Assembly: GCA_950097015.1 (NCBI GenBank)
Contig: CATNEN010000001.1
Span: forward strand, 18,848,001-18,912,000
Length of the DNA stretch: 64,000 nucleotides
Reading direction: 5' to 3'
Source: Macrostomum hystrix
Lineage: Eukaryota; Animalia; Platyhelminthes
Shown here one piece after another: positions 34,019 through 48,100 of the stretch; position 1 is the stretch's first letter; each line of letters opens with the position of its first letter. A program made the position numbers and the translations under genes. A model generated the notes under the pieces. It had not been told where the DNA came from and did no database searches. It saw nothing but the letters and a program-made list of their open reading frames with translations.

Positions 34019-37000
34019 GAGAAATCCTCAAATACATTCTTCATCCCCATTCGGAATAGTTTCGGAGAAATCCCTAAATACATTCTTCATCCCGATTCGG
34101 AATAGTTTCTGAGAAATCCTCAAATACATTCTTCATCCCGATTCGGAATAGTTTCGGAGAAATCCTCAAATACATTCTTCATCCCCATTCGGAATAGTTT
34201 CTGAGAAATCCCCAAATACATTCTTCATTCCGATTCGGAATAGTTTCGGAGAAATCCCCAAATACATTCTTCATCCCGATTCGGAATAGTTTCGGAGAAA
34301 TCCTCAAATACATTCTTCATCCCCATTCGGAATAGTTTCTGAGAAATCCTCAAATACATTCTTCATCCCCATTCGGAATAGTTTCGGAGAAATCCCCAAA
34401 TACATTCTTCATCCCAATTCGGAATAGTTTCGGAGAAATCCCCAAATACATTCTTCATCCCGATTCGGAATAGTTTCGGAGAAATCCCCAAATACATTCT
34501 TCATCCCGATTCGGAATAGTTTCGGAGAAATCCCCAAATACATTCTTCATCCCGATTCGGAATAGTTTCGGAGAAATCCTCAAATACATTCTTCATCCCG
34601 ATTCGGAATAGTTTCGGAGAAATCCTCAAATACATTCTTCATCCCCATTCGGAATAGTTTCGGAGAAATCCCCAAATACATTTTTCATCCCGATTCGGAA
34701 TAGTTTCTGAGAAATCCTCAAATACATTCTTCATCCCGATTCGGAATAGTTTCGGAGAAATCCTCAAATACATTCTTCATCCCCATTCGGAATAGTTTCG
34801 GAGAAATCCTCAAATACATTCTTCATCCCCATTCGGCATAGTTTCGGAGAAATCCTCAAATACATTCTTCATCCCGATTCGGAATAGTTTCGGAGAAATC
34901 CTCAAATACATTCTTCATCCCCATTCGGAATAGTTTCGGAGAAATCCTCAAATACATTCTTCATCCCGATTCGGAATAGTTTCGGAGAAATCCTCAAATA
35001 CATTCTTCATCCCGATTAGGAATAGTTTCGGAGAAATCCTCAAATACATTCTTCATCCCGATTCGGAATAGTTTCGGAGAAATCCTCAAATACATTCTTC
35101 ATCCCGATTCGGAATAGTTTCGGAGAAATCCCCAAATACATTCTTCATTCCGATTCGGAATAGTTTCGGAGAAATCCCCAAATACATTCTTCATCCCGAT
35201 TCGGAATAGTTTCTGAGAAATCCTCAAATACATTCTTCATCCCCATTCGGAATAGTTTCGGAGAAATCCCCAAATACATTCTTCATCCCAATTCGGAATA
35301 GTTTCGGAGAAATCCCCAAATACATTCTTCATCCCGATTCGGAATAGTTTCGGAGAAATCCCCAAATACATTCTTCATCCCGATTCGGAATAGTTTCGGA
35401 GAAATCCCCAAATACATTCTTCATCCCGATTCGGAATAGTTTCGGAGAAATCCTCAAATACATTCTTCATCCCCATTCGGAATAGTTTCGGAGAAATCCC
35501 CAAATACATTTTTCATCCCGATTCGGAATAGTTTCTGAGAAATCCTCAAATACATTCTTCATCCCGATTCGGAATAGTTTCGGAGAAATCCTCAAATACA
35601 TTCTTCATCCCCATTCGGAATAGTTTCGGAGAAATCCTCAAATACATTCTTCATCCCCATTCGGCATAGTTTCGGAGAAATCCTCAAATACATTCTTCAT
35701 CCCGATTCGGAATAGTTTCGGAGAAATCCTCAAATACATTCTTCATCCCCATTCGGAATAGTTTCGGAGAAATCCTCAAATACATTCTTCATCCCCATTC
35801 GGAATAGTTTCGGAGAAATCCTCAAATACATTCTTCATCCCGATTCGGAATAGTTTCGGAGAAATCCTCAAATACATTCTTCATCCCCATTCGGAATAGT
35901 TTCGGAGAAATCCTCAAATACATTCTTCATCCCCATTCGGAATAGTTTCGGAGAAATCCTCAAATACATTCTTCATCCCGATTCGGAATAGTTTCGGAGA
36001 AATCCTCAAATACATTCTTCATCCCGATTCGGAATAGTTTCGGAGAAATCCTCAAATACATTCTTCATCCCGATTCGGAATAGTTTCGGAGAAATCCTCA
36101 AATACATTCTTCATCCCCATTCGGAATAGTTTCGGAGAAATCCCCAAATACATTCTTCATCCCCATTCGGAATAGTTTCGGAGAAATCCTCAAATACATT
36201 CTTCATCCCGATTCGGAATAGTTTCGGAGAAATCCTCAAATACATTCTTCATCCCCATTCGGAATAGTTTCGGAGAAATCCTCAAATACATTCTTCATCC
36301 CGATTCGGAATAGTTTCGGAGAAATCCTCAAATACATTCTTCATCCCGATTCGGAATAGTTTCGGAGAAATCCTCAAATACATTCTTCATCCCCATTCGG
36401 AATAGTTTCGGAGAAATCCTCAAATACATTCTTCATCCCCATTCGGAATAGTTTCGGAGAAATCCTCAAATACATTCTTCATCCCGATTCGGAATAGTTT
36501 CGGAGAAATCCTCAAATACATTCTTCATCCCCATTCGGAATAGTTTCGGAGAAATCCTCAAATACATTCTTCATCCCCATTCGGAATAGTTTCGGAGAAA
36601 TCCTCAAATACATTCTTCATCCCGATTCGGAATAGTTTCGGAGAAATCCTCAAATACATTCTTCATCCCGATTCGGAATAGTTTCGGAGAAATCCTCAAA
36701 TACATTCTTCATCCCGATTCGGAATAGTTTCGGAGAAATCCTCAAATACATTCTTCAACCCCATTCGGAATAGTTTCGGAGAAATCCTCAAATACATTCT
36801 TCATCCCCATTCGGAATAGTTTCGGAGAAATCCTCAAATACATTCTTCATCCCCATTCGGCATAGTTTCGGAGAAATCCTCAAATACATTCTTCATCCCG
36901 ATTCGGAATAGTTTCGGAGAAATCCTCAAATACATTCTTCATCCCGATTCGGAATAGTTTCGGAGAAATCCCCAAATACATTCTTCATCCCCATTCGGAA

Positions 37001-38233
37001 TAGTTTCGGAGAAATCCTCAAATACATTCTTCATCCCGATTCGGAATAGTTTCGGAGAAATCCTCAAATACATTCTTCATCCCGATTCGGAATAGTTTCG
37101 GAGAAATCCTCAAATACATTCTTCATCCCGATTCGGAATAGTTTCGGAGAAATCCTCAAATACATTCTTCATCCCCATTCGGCATAGTTTCGGAGAAATC
37201 CTCAAATACATTCTTCATCCCGATTCGGAATAGTTTCGGAGAAATCCTCAAATACATTCTTCATCCCCATTCGGAATAGTTTCGGAGAAATCCCCAAATA
37301 CATTCTTCATCCCCATTCGGAATAGTTTCGGAGAAATCCTCAAATACATTCTTCATCCCGATTCGGAATAGTTTCGGAGAAATCCTCAAATACATTCTTC
37401 ATCCCGATTCGGAATAGTTTCGGAGAAATCCTCAAATACATTCTTCATCCCCATTCGGAATAGTTTCGGAGAAATCCCCAAATACATTTTTCATCCCGAT
37501 TCGGAATAGTTTCGGAGAAATCCTCAAATACATTCTTCATCCCGATTCGGAATAGTTTCGGAGAAATCCTCAAATACATTCTTCATCCCCATTCGGAATA
37601 GTTTCGGAGAAATCCTCAAATACATTCTTCATCCCGATTCGGAATAGTTTCGGAGAAATCCTCAAATACATTCTTCATCCCGATTCGGAATAGTTTCGGA
37701 GAAATCCTCAAATACATTCTTCATCCCGATTCGGAATAGTTTCGGAGAAATCCTCAAATACATTCTTCATCCCCATTCGGAATAGTTTCGGAGAAATCCT
37801 CAAATACATTCTTCATCCCGATTCGGAATAGTTTCGGAGAAATCCTCAAATACATTCTTCATCCCCATTCGGAATAGTTTCGGAGAAATCCTCAAATACA
37901 TTCTTCATCCCGATTCGGAATAGTTTCGGAGAAATCCTCAAATACATTCTTCATCCCGATTCGGAATAGTTTCGGAGAAATCCTCAAATACATTCTTCAT
38001 CCCCATTCGGAATAGTTTCGGAGAAATCCTCAAATACATTCTTCATCCCCATTCGGAATAGTTTCTGAGAAATCCTCAAATACATTCTTCATCCCGATTC
38101 GGAATAGTTTCGGAGAAATCCTCAAATACATTCTTCATCCCGATTCGGAATAGTTTCGGAGAAATCCTCAAATACATTCTTCATCCCGATTCGGAATAGT
38201 TTCGGAGAAATCCCCAAATACATTCTTCATCCT
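34019..38233. repeat. 46-bp satellite, about 90 copies (gagaaatcctcaaatacattcttcatccccattcggaatagtttcg)
   Basis: A 4.2-kb homogeneous tandem array with no spacers. Confidence 0.98.
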
Positions 38234-38353
38234 GGGAAAATAAATTTTATTAACGAACTATGCACTCTATAATACAGAAACTTAAAAACAGAAAATTATA
38301 GTCAAACTCATGATCATTTGATATTTAAAGTAGCAGTATTCACAACCACAACA

Positions 38354-38629
38354 CTAATGGCCACTGATTTGGTCATTGCTGTGAGCAGTACCATCAGTGT
38401 GACTACCAGGCAGAAATAATTTACAATTCCACATGCAAGGCGGCAAGTGTTTAATGATTTCGTCATTGTTCGGCAATTTTAAACAATTCCTGCTGCCGCT
38501 GCTGCTGCTGCTGACTCCGCTAGCCAGGTCGCCCATTGCGGCAAGAGTTACGAGAATCGGCTGAGCCCTGAGCTGCCTCTTCTTTGGAAACTGTTCCTCG
38601 AGTGCGAGTCCCTGGTGGAACTGGTCCAT
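38354..38629 (-). CDS. Probable coding exon, candidate first exon of the TRPV-like gene
   Basis: GC-richer open frame MDQFHQGLALEEQFPKKRQLRAQPILVTLAAMGDL..., preceded by a CAG acceptor. LVTLAAMGD looks ankyrin-like. The donor is not resolved. Confidence 0.35.
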   Translation of the reverse strand: MDQFHQGLALEEQFPKKRQLRAQPILVTLAAMGDLASGVSSSSSGSRNCLKLPNNDEIIKHLPPCMWNCKLFLPGSHTDGTAHSNDQISGH

Positions 38630-38699
38630 GATAATGCGATGAATTCGGCTGCAGCTGAAGTGAAATTCACAGCTTTGCTAGTCATTGCTAACTTATTTA

Positions 38700-39240
38700 T
38701 TAGGTAGGGAATAAGGCAGGGGAGGGAAGAGGGTAGAATACTAGAGAAAGGGAATAGGGAAGAGAGAGGTGAGGGAAGAGAGAAGACAGTGAGGGGTGAG
38801 AGAGTAGACAGGTGAGGGAAAGAGAGAAGGCAGGTGAGGGGGGAGAGAAGACAGGTGAGGGGGAGAGATAAGACAGGAAAGGGGGAGAGGGAAGACAGGT
38901 GAGGGGGAGAGAGAAGACAGGTGAGGGTGAGAGAGAAGACAGGTGAGGGGTGAGAGAGAAGACAGGTGAGGGGTGAGAGAGAATACAGGTGAGGGGTGAG
39001 AGAGAAGACAGGTGAGGGGTGAGAGAGAAGACAGGTGAGGGGTGAGAGAGAAGACAGGTGAGGGTGAGAGAGAAGACAGGTGAGGGGTGAGAGAGAAGAC
39101 AGGTGAGGGGTGAGAGAGAAGACAGGTGAGGGGTGAGAGAGAAGACAGGTGAGGGGTGAGAGAGAAGACAGGTGAGGGGTGAGAGAGAAGACAGGTGAGG
39201 GTGAGAGAGAAGATAGGTGAGGGGTGAGAGAGGACAGATG
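38700..39240. repeat. 23-bp minisatellite (gacaggtgaggggtgagagagaa)
   Basis: Tandem copies visible directly. Confidence 0.95.
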
Positions 39241-39606
39241 AGGTACAGTATATCCTAAAATAATCAATAGAAAACAGCAAAAAATTGATTGAAATAAAGT
39301 TGGCAATTGACAAAGATGACTAAATGTGATTTTTATAATATATATTGTTTCGTTTCAGTTTCACAACCACCTTAACCGAGAAGAATTTGAAATGAGTAAA
39401 AAAACGTGTAAAATGTTTGGTACGGGATTAAAAATAGCACGTCAATACAATCAAATAGTTTTGAAAATCATTGCAATTTTCTGACAATCAAAATTCTGTA
39501 TAATGGATGATAAACAATGAAATGCTAAACCGTTTTACTACAAACTACAAAGACACCAAATTCGTCTTTTTCTCTACAGTTTTCAATTGTCACAATTATT
39601 TTTAAA

Positions 39607-39864
39607 TCACAGCTCGCCACCTGCAGTAGCATCACTACTATCAGTAGAATAATTGAACAGCGAAGCCAGCAGACCAATCGAGTGCTGGATGACAGTGTGA
39701 TGAGGCAGGAACACCCAAGCGGTATAGATGGACATGAGCAGGATGATCACAATCACTGTGTTGAACAGTTTTCGCTCCCATGGCTCCAGCATGTAAATGG
39801 AAGTCTCCACTGTGTAGCGAAAGTACAGGCTCGATAAATAGTTGCCTGGCTCAACTTCCTTCAT
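39607..39864 (-). CDS. SPTSSA: Serine palmitoyltransferase small subunit (ssSPT a/b family), single coding exon, 85 aa
   Basis: Family motif YFRYTVETSIYMLEPWERKLFNT...YTAWVFLP. Confidence 0.88.
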   Translation of the reverse strand: MKEVEPGNYLSSLYFRYTVETSIYMLEPWERKLFNTVIVIILLMSIYTAWVFLPHHTVIQHSIGLLASLFNYSTDSSDATAGGEL

Positions 39865-39994
39865 GGCTGCTAAGCTGTTGTGATCACGGCTGCTGCAATT
39901 CAAGTTGACTCACTGTTTGCATTGTAATTATCTAAACTCAGCAGAAACCTTCTTTCAAATCTATTAAGTTTCACTCCTCCTATTCCCAACTACT

Positions 39995-41622
39995 GTTCTC
40001 TCACCTCTCTTATCCCCTACCATTCTCTCCTACCCTTCACTCCCCTCTCTTATCCCCTACCATTCTCTCCTACCCTTCTCTCTCCTCTCTTATCCCCTAC
40101 CATTCTCTCCTACCCTTCTCTCACCTCTCTTATCCCCTACCATTCTCTCCTACCCTTCACTCCCCTCTCTTATCCCCTACCATTCTCTCCTACCCTTCTC
40201 TCCCTTCTCTTATCCCCTACCATTCTCTCCTACCCTTCTCTCTCCTCTCTTATCCCCTACCATTCTCTCCTACTCTTCTCTCTCCTCTCTTATCCCCTAC
40301 CATTCTCTCCTACTCTTCTCTCCCCTCTCTTATCCCCTACCATTCTCTCCTACTCTTCTCTCTCCTCTCTTATCCCCTACCATTCTCTCCTACCCTTCAC
40401 TCCCCTCTCTTATCCCCTACCATTCTCTCCTACCCTTCACTCCCCTCTCTTATCCCCTACCATTCTCTCCTACTCTTCTCTCTCCTCTCTTATCCCCTAC
40501 CATTCTCTCCTACCCTTCTCTCCCCTCTCTTATCCCCTACCATTCTCTCCTACCCTTCACTCCCCTCTCTTATCCCCTACCATTCTCTCCCCTCTCTTAT
40601 CTCCTAGCATTCACTCCCCTCTCTTATCCCCTACCATTCTCTCCTACCCTTGACTCCCCTATCTTATCCCCTACCATTCTCTCCCCTCTCTTATCCCCTA
40701 CCCTTCACTCCCCTCTCTTATCCCCTACCCTTCACTCCCCTCTCTTATCCCCTACCATTCTCTCCTACCCTTCTCTCCCCTCTCTTATCCCCTACCATTC
40801 TCTCCTACTCTTCTCTCTCTCCTCTCTTATCCCCTACCATTCTCTCCTACCATTCACTCCCCTCTCTTATCCCCTACCCTTCACTCCCCTCTCTTATCCC
40901 CTACCCTTCACTCCCCTCTCTTATCCCCTACCCTTCACTCCCCTCTCTTATCCCCTACCCTTCACTCCCCTCTCTTATCCCCTACCCTTTACTCCCCTCT
41001 CTTATCCCCTACCCTTCACTCCCCTCTCTTATCCCCTACCCTTCACTCCCCTCTCTTATCCCCTACCATTCTCTCCTACCATTCACTCCCCTCTCTTATC
41101 CCCTACCCTTCACTCCCCTCTCTTATCCCCTACCCTTCACTCCCCTCTCTTATCCCCTACCATTCTCTCCTACCCTTCTCTCCCCTCTCTTATCCCCTAC
41201 CATTCTCTCCTACTCTTCTCTCTCTCCTCTCTTATCCCCTACCATTCTCTCCTACCCTTCACTCCCCTCTCTTATCCCCTACCATTCTCTCCCCTCTCTT
41301 TTCCCCTACCATTCTCTCCTACCCTTCACTCCCCTCTCTTATCCCCTACCATTCTCTCCTACCCTTCTCTCCCCTCTCTTATCCCCTACCATTCTCTCCT
41401 ACTCTTCTCTCTCTCCTCTCTTATCCCCTACCATTCTCTCCTACCCATCACTCCCCTCTCTTATCCCCTACCATTCTCTCCCCTCTCTTATCCCCTACCA
41501 TTCTCTCCTACCCTTCTCTCCCCTCTCTTATCCCCTACCATTCTCTCCTACCCTTCTCTCCCCTCTCTTATCCCCTACCATTCTCTCCTTTTTCCTCTCT
41601 CCCTACTCCTCTTCCCTACCCA
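39995..41622. repeat. 40-bp (and derived 24-bp) pyrimidine-rich minisatellite upstream of SPTSS
   Basis: Tandem tcccctctcttatcccctaccattctctcctacccttcac. Confidence 0.96.
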
Positions 41623-42118
41623 TTGTAAAGTGTTATCCAGGCTTCATATAAAATATATAGTGGCCTTATTTTTATGAATTAGATGGAATTACATTTTAAT
41701 GTTTTATTTTGTTTTCTTGAAACTCTGGATGGTATTTTTCTTTCCATAAGTCTTTTGAATTGAGAATGTATCTGAAGCCAGTTATCCCTGACCCTGCGTG
41801 ACAAAATTCCTTCTAGTTTCGTATTGGTTCTCAGCTCGGGTGCCAGTAGCCAATGAGAGAGCGACTTTGAATGGGTCGTGCCAAAACTGTTCTCAAACTC
41901 CAACAAACAATTGGAGAATGTCAGCAAAATTGTCAGCAAAGCTATACCGGCCTAAAGTCGATCAGCCAATCGGAAAAATTCCGTTAACCAGCCACCCCTT
42001 GCCAATATTTTGATATCATCAGGGACTCAAAATGGAATTCTTTTAAATGAGCAACCATCTCTAGTCTTTTAATATTCCGGAGTCGCATTGGAAAAGAGTT
42101 GGTGTATTAGTGACAGCA

Positions 42119-45100
42119 ATGCTAAGCACCCAAGTAGCTCAGCGATTCACTGGCCTACAACAGCAGCATCAGCAGCAGCAGCAATTCACCATTCTTGACG
42201 AGAAAAACAGCAGCACAAGCAATAGCGGCAGCGATCTTCTTGCACTAGTGGACTTTGGCCTGACTAGAGAGGCTGATTCAATGCAGCATCAGCAGCAGAT
42301 TCAGCAGCAGCAGGACATGGTCTGGGGTCCGTCTATTATGAAGTACGACTATTGGCAATGCGGCGGCCTTTCTAAGTAAGCAAATGTTACAAATGCTTTT
42401 TACCACGCTATGTAATTCTGTCTGACACGTGTCTAACAGGTGACGCACCCCTGTCTAACTGGTGACACACCAGTCTAATAGGTGACACTCCTGTCTAACG
42501 AGTGACACACCTGTCTAACAGGTTACATGCCACTAACAGGTGACAGGCCTTTCTAACAGGTGACTCTCCTGTCTAACAGGTGGCATGCCAGTATTATGAT
42601 CAAGTGACCAGTGCCAGTGGTAACAGTTACATTAAAATCAAACCTAAATCCTTCCAATTCAACTAGCGACTTCATGGCCAACAACGACGCCTACTACAGC
42701 CAGAACCAAGCTGCGGCAGCGGCAACGGCAGCGGCAGCAGCAGCCGCGGTGGCCAATTCAAACAACGCCGTACCAATGAGCATTGACGCGGCCACATCGA
42801 GTGCTCAGAACTCGGTCAAGAAACCAGCTTCAGCGTCTAGAACGCCGAGTCATCCGTCCATCATCGAGCAGGACAGCGTCACCCTGGAGTTGGAGTCCAC
42901 AGACGGATGTCCGAGTTCGCCTGAGCAGCATGAGGAGATCAGCACTCACAGCGAGCCCGGGCCCTACAATCTGCAGCTAAGACTGGAAGACTTTGAATCC
43001 GACACTGCGCCATCGTTTCATCAGCGGCTCAACGCATCCGGCGGCTCCAGCCTATCCTACGCCATCGGCTTTCACCCGGCCGAGAAGGACATCATGCAGA
43101 AGGCCCTGACTGCGCCCGAGGAGAAAATAACCAAGAGCATTGTGCTGAGAAACAGGGAGGTTCTGGCTAGCCTGTGGTGCAAGGAGCTGGCCCCAGTCAG
43201 GCTGTTTCTGCACGGCAACTTTGAGGCCGCACTGGCTGACAGTCAAGCGGCTAGGCTGGTCATCAGATGCGGCACGTTCAAACAGCACCAACTGCCAGTC
43301 AAGGAGTGAGTTCAGCTGCTCTAGTAAACTATCATTTTCTAGTAGTTTTTAATAGCCTTAGTCTGTTACTGTCTACCTGCTTCCCCATCTCTGCCTACCT
43401 GCTTCCCCATCTCTGCCTACCTGCTTACCGATCTCTGCCTACCTGCTTCCCCATCTCTGCCTACCTGCTTCCCCGTCTCTGCCTACCTGCTTCCCTATCT
43501 CTGCCTACCTGCTTCCCTATCTCTGCCTACCTGCTTCCCTATGTCTGCCTACCTGCTTCCCTATCTCTGCCTACCTGCTTCCCTATGTCTGCCTACCTGC
43601 TTCCCCATCTCTGCCTACCTGCTTCCCTATCTCTGCCTACCTGCTTCCCGATCTCTCCACACCTTGACTGTGTCAAACTCCTTCTTACACCCAATATTTC
43701 TGAACCAAAAATAATTTCTCAACACCACTAACTCGTGTCGTGTTGAGATTCCTAGTTCCTACTTCCTAATTCCTAGTTGTCATTATACACATATTTTCAG
43801 ATTGGCTATATGGGCAGGAGTTAAGGGGCTAAATCTGTTATTGTCAAAGTTATGGTGTCTGTTTTTTTCAGTCATTTTAAACTGCATATTTTTTACGACT
43901 AAGAAATTTCGAATACAAAAGGTCTTTAGAAATCTTGATCCTAGTGTTTTGCGTGGGCTTTCGGAACAGTTTACAGTATTTCTATTGTTATTACCCAACT
44001 GGCAGTCTTCATCGATCATTTAAAATTTTCCCATTCTGTGGTAAACAATTTGGACAGAGAAAAATTTAGATTCCAGTCTTTATCAGATTAATTAATCTGT
44101 CTAGTCTGCCTACTGTCTTCTCCTATATCTCAATTATTTCCCTGTCAACAATACTTCCATTTCTCGACTGACCCATAATTTTCGAAACCCCAGGAGAGTA
44201 ATGAAAATCAGTTTTCTGTTTCCCTCATAGCCCTCATAGCAACAGCGCACGGGACTCATCTGAGCTGTAGTCGTCAACTCGGGCCACGCTGCGTTGCAGA
44301 TTAAAATTCAGATTCAAATCAGTTGCTAATTCTAGAAGAAAGAAATAAAGTTTCGCAATTGTCTGACTGGCCGAATGAATTTTATTATTAGCGATGAGTC
44401 TAATTTATGAGGGGTGCCTGCACAGAACCATAGCTACCTAGGATTTGCGTCACACACGGAACGAATACTCATTTTAACTTCGGTGAGTCTGCTCATACTC
44501 ACTACTCATATGGCGTGTTTAGCTGTTTTCATGAGAACCTTTAAGCGGTGTTAGATTCGGAGATGAAAATGCGGTGAAATCTTCAGAATTGAAGTTCAGA
44601 ATTTCTATAGTTAGCTGTGACTGTCTTATTTTTGCACCGTAAAAGTGCGTCTTTATTTCTGTTTACTCAATCAAAGCCAGCCCAACTCAAAAACAAGTTT
44701 TTAAGGGTACAAACCGAGCGAATTGGAAAGATTTCGTTTCGGATAAAACTGATTTTTATCTTAACAGTCATAAAATTTGATCTCCCTCTTAATCAAGTGC
44801 GGTATATTTTTTAGTTATAACAAAGACCTTTTCTGTTCTGATCAGTATTTTTTTTCAAGGAAAAAAACACGAGAAAAGTAGGAAAACAATAGGGGAGCCA
44901 GTGAAGGCTAGAGAATATTGAATGACTCAGGCAGTGGGTGGGTGGGAATCTCGCCTGTACCCCAGAGTCATATTTTTGAGGTTACGAGCTCTCGGCGTGG
45001 TCGGTCGGACTCAAGTTTTTGACACCGTGCCAAGAAATTTTCAACTTCCTCAAATTTTTTCAATTCCCTGTGTCCCGGGGCAGGGCGGGCTATTAAAATT

Positions 45101-48100
45101 CTCCCACGCGCGGAGCCGAGAGCCCGCATGCTAAACAAAGAGTTGACAAAGACCTCCTGGCTACGTTTCGCCAGCTCGGCCCCACAAAGACACGAATGAA
45201 TTTGGACCAGTGCCATAAACCCCAGTCCCCAAACCCCAGAGGCAATGACTTATTCCATTGATGTTTAACTTTATCTGTCACACCTGACTGCATCCATTGA
45301 AAGCGCGAAGCTGAGCACAATAGAAAATCCCGATCCCATCTTAATAGGATTGCGCCAAAGCCAACGTGTCCAAACGCTCAGGTCTCACCTTTAGGCTATT
45401 TTCACAGCTTAATTGAAAACAAATGCTGTGTTGTAGTTCGGACTCGGCAAGAAGCCATGTTTAAATTCACACAAAGGCCTAGAAACCCCGGTAGCTATTT
45501 TGAAATCCTTGAATGAATTTAGAAAATTATTAAGGCATCGCCAGGTACGCAAGAGATCTGTATCGCTTGGCTGGGGTCTTTGTTGCCAAACTAGCCCTCG
45601 AGGCCAAGGATACTGAGCATGAGAACTGATTTCAGTCGAGCGTGAATGAAGAATGTTGCAACTTGTTCAGTTTGAAAAACAGTTTCACGGCACAGAGCCA
45701 GATACAGAATGACTGAAGGAGCTGATGCTGATGATGCAATAGCTTTTGTGGCACGCCAACTCACACTTAAATAATTGCTATTTTTTAGTCTAACAAATAT
45801 CTAGAATGGAGATTTTCGAATTCTTCCGATTACGCAACGGGCTAGCATTTCTGGATCTCCCCCATTCTCGTGGTCACAGACACAGATACAGAACTCACAG
45901 CATTAATTGCTAATCTAGATAGACCACACGTGCGCCTGAGCACATATCTCATCTCTATCTGTCATTGTTGGCTACTGTCCAAAATGGCATTGTGTGAGGT
46001 TAGTGAATGTTTATTATAAAAACACCGCTTGAGCTTGATAAATTTAGTTATAAAGGCCCTGGTAGCTAGTTTCCATAAATTAATGCAATTGCGCACCGGA
46101 GGTGACAAAGTGAGTGGTGAAGCATAACGAGGGGTGCAGGGAGTAAGAGCAGATGCAGGGAGTGAGATAACAGATGCAGGGAGTGAGATAGCAGATGCAG
46201 GGAGTAAGAGCAGATGCAGGGAGTGAGATAACAGATGCAGGGAGTGAGATAGCAGATGCAGGGAGTGAGATAGCAGATGCAGGGAGTGAGATAGCAGACG
46301 CAGGGAGTGAGATAGCAGATGGAGGGAGTGAGATAGCAAGGTGCAGGGAGTGAGATAGCAGATGGAGGGAGTGAGATAGCAAGGTGCAGGGAGTGAGATA
46401 ACAGATGGAGGGAGTGAGATAACAGATGCAGGGAGTGAGATAGCAAGGTGCAGGGAGTGAGATAGCAGATGGAGGGAGTGAGATAGCAGATGGAGGGAGT
46501 GAGATAGCAGACGCAGGGAGTGAGATAACAGATGCAGGGAGTGAGATAACAGATGCAGGGAGTGAGATAGCAGATGGAGGGAGTGAGATAGCAAGGTGCA
46601 GGAGTGAGATATCAGATGCAGGGTGCCAGGAGACGCAGGTAATGAGAAGCAAAGAATCTAAGGATAAATAAAAGAGTATTTGAATCATACTCATAAAAAC
46701 ATTCAAATAGTTAGACAAAGAACCAGGTTAGTACCTAGTTGCAGTAAATGCAGCTTAATAGAAAGATGATAACAGCTTGCGCGGGTCGCCCCAGTACATC
46801 TTGGAGATAGCCTTTGTTTAAAAATATGCAGACCTGCAGACACAAAATCTAGGACCCTGAGAACAATAGACACGACAGGAAAAAAAGAGAACAGAAAGAA
46901 ATAAAATACAAGTAAAAGCTAACACTGCGAATGCAAAAAAGCACACGGCCTTTGTCTCACAGACTGTATTCTGCTCGGGCAATAAAATACTGCTAAAGAA
47001 GAATTGAATTGTTTGACGGGGAGGGGCTGCTCAGATTAAAGGGCTCAGAGGAAATCACAGAACACTACTGGCTCTTCTCTCTTCCATCTGTCCTCTCATT
47101 TTCGTTGTTGCTAAGCGCTGAAATTATAGCAGGGCTAGAACTGAAGACAGAGAGCACCGTCTCTCTAACCCCCTGTCAAATCGAGAAAAAAACTGGCCGC
47201 AAATTTACTACCGCGGAACCCACTGCTCACTACTCCAGAGTTGAGTCGGTAGTGTGCTTATTATGATTATTGTTCCAATACTATATGGCTGTAATAATTG
47301 GCATATTGTGCTGGAAGCTGCTTCAGCTGCTTCGGTTGCTGGGCCGGCGGGGCAAAGTGGGGGGTAGAAGGGACCCAGTCACTGAGGCGTGAGTCACTCA
47401 ACCGCTTGCCCACTCAATTTCTGATATTTTTCGAATTCTTCTATTATTTTTAATGACGAACAAAGAGAGAGAAGCTAGCCCAACCTATCTATTCAGCGAC
47501 CGAGGGTCTCACCTCGTCGGTCTCCCTGCTTATTTTTGGCCAATTATTCTTGAGAGACAAGAATAGAGAGAAGACAGCGCACTAATTATGTAGAGACTGA
47601 CCATACAGCGTGCCACCTGGATATCTCAAGGGTGACTCAGGGATAATTTAGTGCAGAAGACTTGCCTGGTGCAGAAAATTTTTGAAGCTTCTCACTTTTT
47701 TAGCCGGTCTAGGAGAGATTAGAAAAAAACATTTCAGAATGAAAATTTCCAGGCGCTGTTTTTACACAATCACGCGCGCTTGGAATGAATGGGACAAACA
47801 ATTATACTCTTGTACTCATGTCTTTTTGAGCATATCTTACTTTTTCTACTTGAAATACGAATCTCAGACCAATAGAAAACAGTTTGTTTCATTAACAGTA
47901 GAAAGAACACGCTAGTTTTCCCAACATGGCGAAAGACCGAATGACCGATTTTCGTGAAAGTCCTCCATACCATAAAAAGTTTCCGTCCTTTACTTTACTT
48001 TCCTTCCAAGGCGATTGGTTTAATATTAGAGTTGAACATTCTGTAAGCAAAAAAAGTCCTTAATTTCCTATTGTTCCAGTTTACCTTTGGCTAACTAGGT

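Noticed and set aside
34019-38233. 46-bp array as a CRISPR array
   Set aside because: Units are directly adjacent with no unique spacers, there are no cas genes and the context is eukaryotic.
45340-45570. Possible hAT transposase C-terminal remnant (minus strand, ...VRPERLDTLALA...)
   Set aside because: The similarity is too short and broken to support without a database search.
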